Below are positions 63,465 through 64,000 of a DNA stretch of 64,000 nt, in pieces (the first letter of the stretch is position 1; the number at the start of each line of letters is the position of its first letter). The position numbers and the translations under genes are program-made. The stretch is taken from positions 4,712,001-4,776,000 of the forward strand of contig NW_026262581.1 of assembly GCF_021869535.1 (NCBI RefSeq), read 5' to 3'. This DNA is from Mytilus californianus (Eukaryota). Below the pieces are notes generated by a model. It was not told the DNA's origin. It ran no database searches and saw only the letters and a list, made by a program, of their open reading frames with translations.

Positions 63465-64000
63465 TTTTTTGTCGAGCCTTCGACTTTAGTCGAAAAAGCG
63501 AGACATAGCGATCCTACATTCAGTCGGCGTCGGCGGCGTCCACAAATATTCACTCTGTGGTTAAAGTTTTTGAAATTTTAATAACTTTCTTAAACTATAC
63601 TTGATTTCTACCAAACTTGGACAGAAGCTTGTTTATGATCATAAGATAGTATCCAGAAGTAAATTTTGTAAAAATAAAATTCCATTTTTTCCGTATTTTA
63701 CTTATAAATGGACTTAGTTTTTCTGCCGGGAAATATTACATTCACTCTGTGGTTAAAGTTTTTAAAATTTTAATAACTTTCTTAAACTATCCTGGGTTTG
63801 TACCAAACTTGGACAGAAGCTTGTTTATGATCATAAGATAGTATCCAGAAGTAAATTTTGTAAAAAAAAAAATCCATTTTTTCCTTATTTTACTTTTAAA
63901 TGGACTTAGATTTTCTGCCAGGAAACAACACATTCACTCTGTGGTTAAAGTTTTTAAAATTTTAATAACTTTCTTATACTATTTTGGATTTGTACCAAAC
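63465..64000 (+). mobile_element. HINE family A, cut by the window end
   Basis: Same head and core units as 21757-22785. Confidence 0.9.

Noticed and set aside
1-64000. tRNA, rRNA or snoRNA genes
   Set aside because: No intact cloverleaf, rRNA similarity or convincing C/D or H/ACA structure seen by eye; tRNAscan-SE and Infernal would be needed to exclude them.

Overview
AT-rich animal genomic DNA; the repeat families look like those of a mytilid mussel (inference from remembered repeat consensus, not a search). Two intron-rich genes lie head-to-head around ~42.1-42.3 kb. On the minus strand is ST7 (suppression of tumorigenicity 7 family): coding exon 1 at 42056-41906, a 36-kb intron, exon 2 at 5668-5586 and exon 3 at 1790-1607, continuing off the left edge. 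On the plus strand is MCM3AP/GANP (Sac3/TREX-2 scaffold): 11 coding exons from 49890 to 62850, continuing off the right edge, with a very FG-rich N-terminus. The introns hold two 5'-truncated LINEs (RTEX-like, CR1-like), at least five families of Helentron-type non-autonomous elements (HINEs) carrying satellite cores, TA- and TTAA-flanked MITEs, a MULE remnant and two hAT-like elements with 5-bp target duplications. The most unusual feature is in ST7: two consecutive exons each have their exon/5'-splice-site junction tandemly amplified (4 x 97 bp containing the whole of exon 2; about 28 x 29 bp containing the exon 3 end plus donor). Every distal donor leads to a frameshift or stop, so this is a candidate copy-number-tunable splice-donor decoy system, though neutral slippage or an assembly artefact is not excluded. 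All exon models were built by eye from splice signals and reading phase; boundaries of decayed repeats are approximate.
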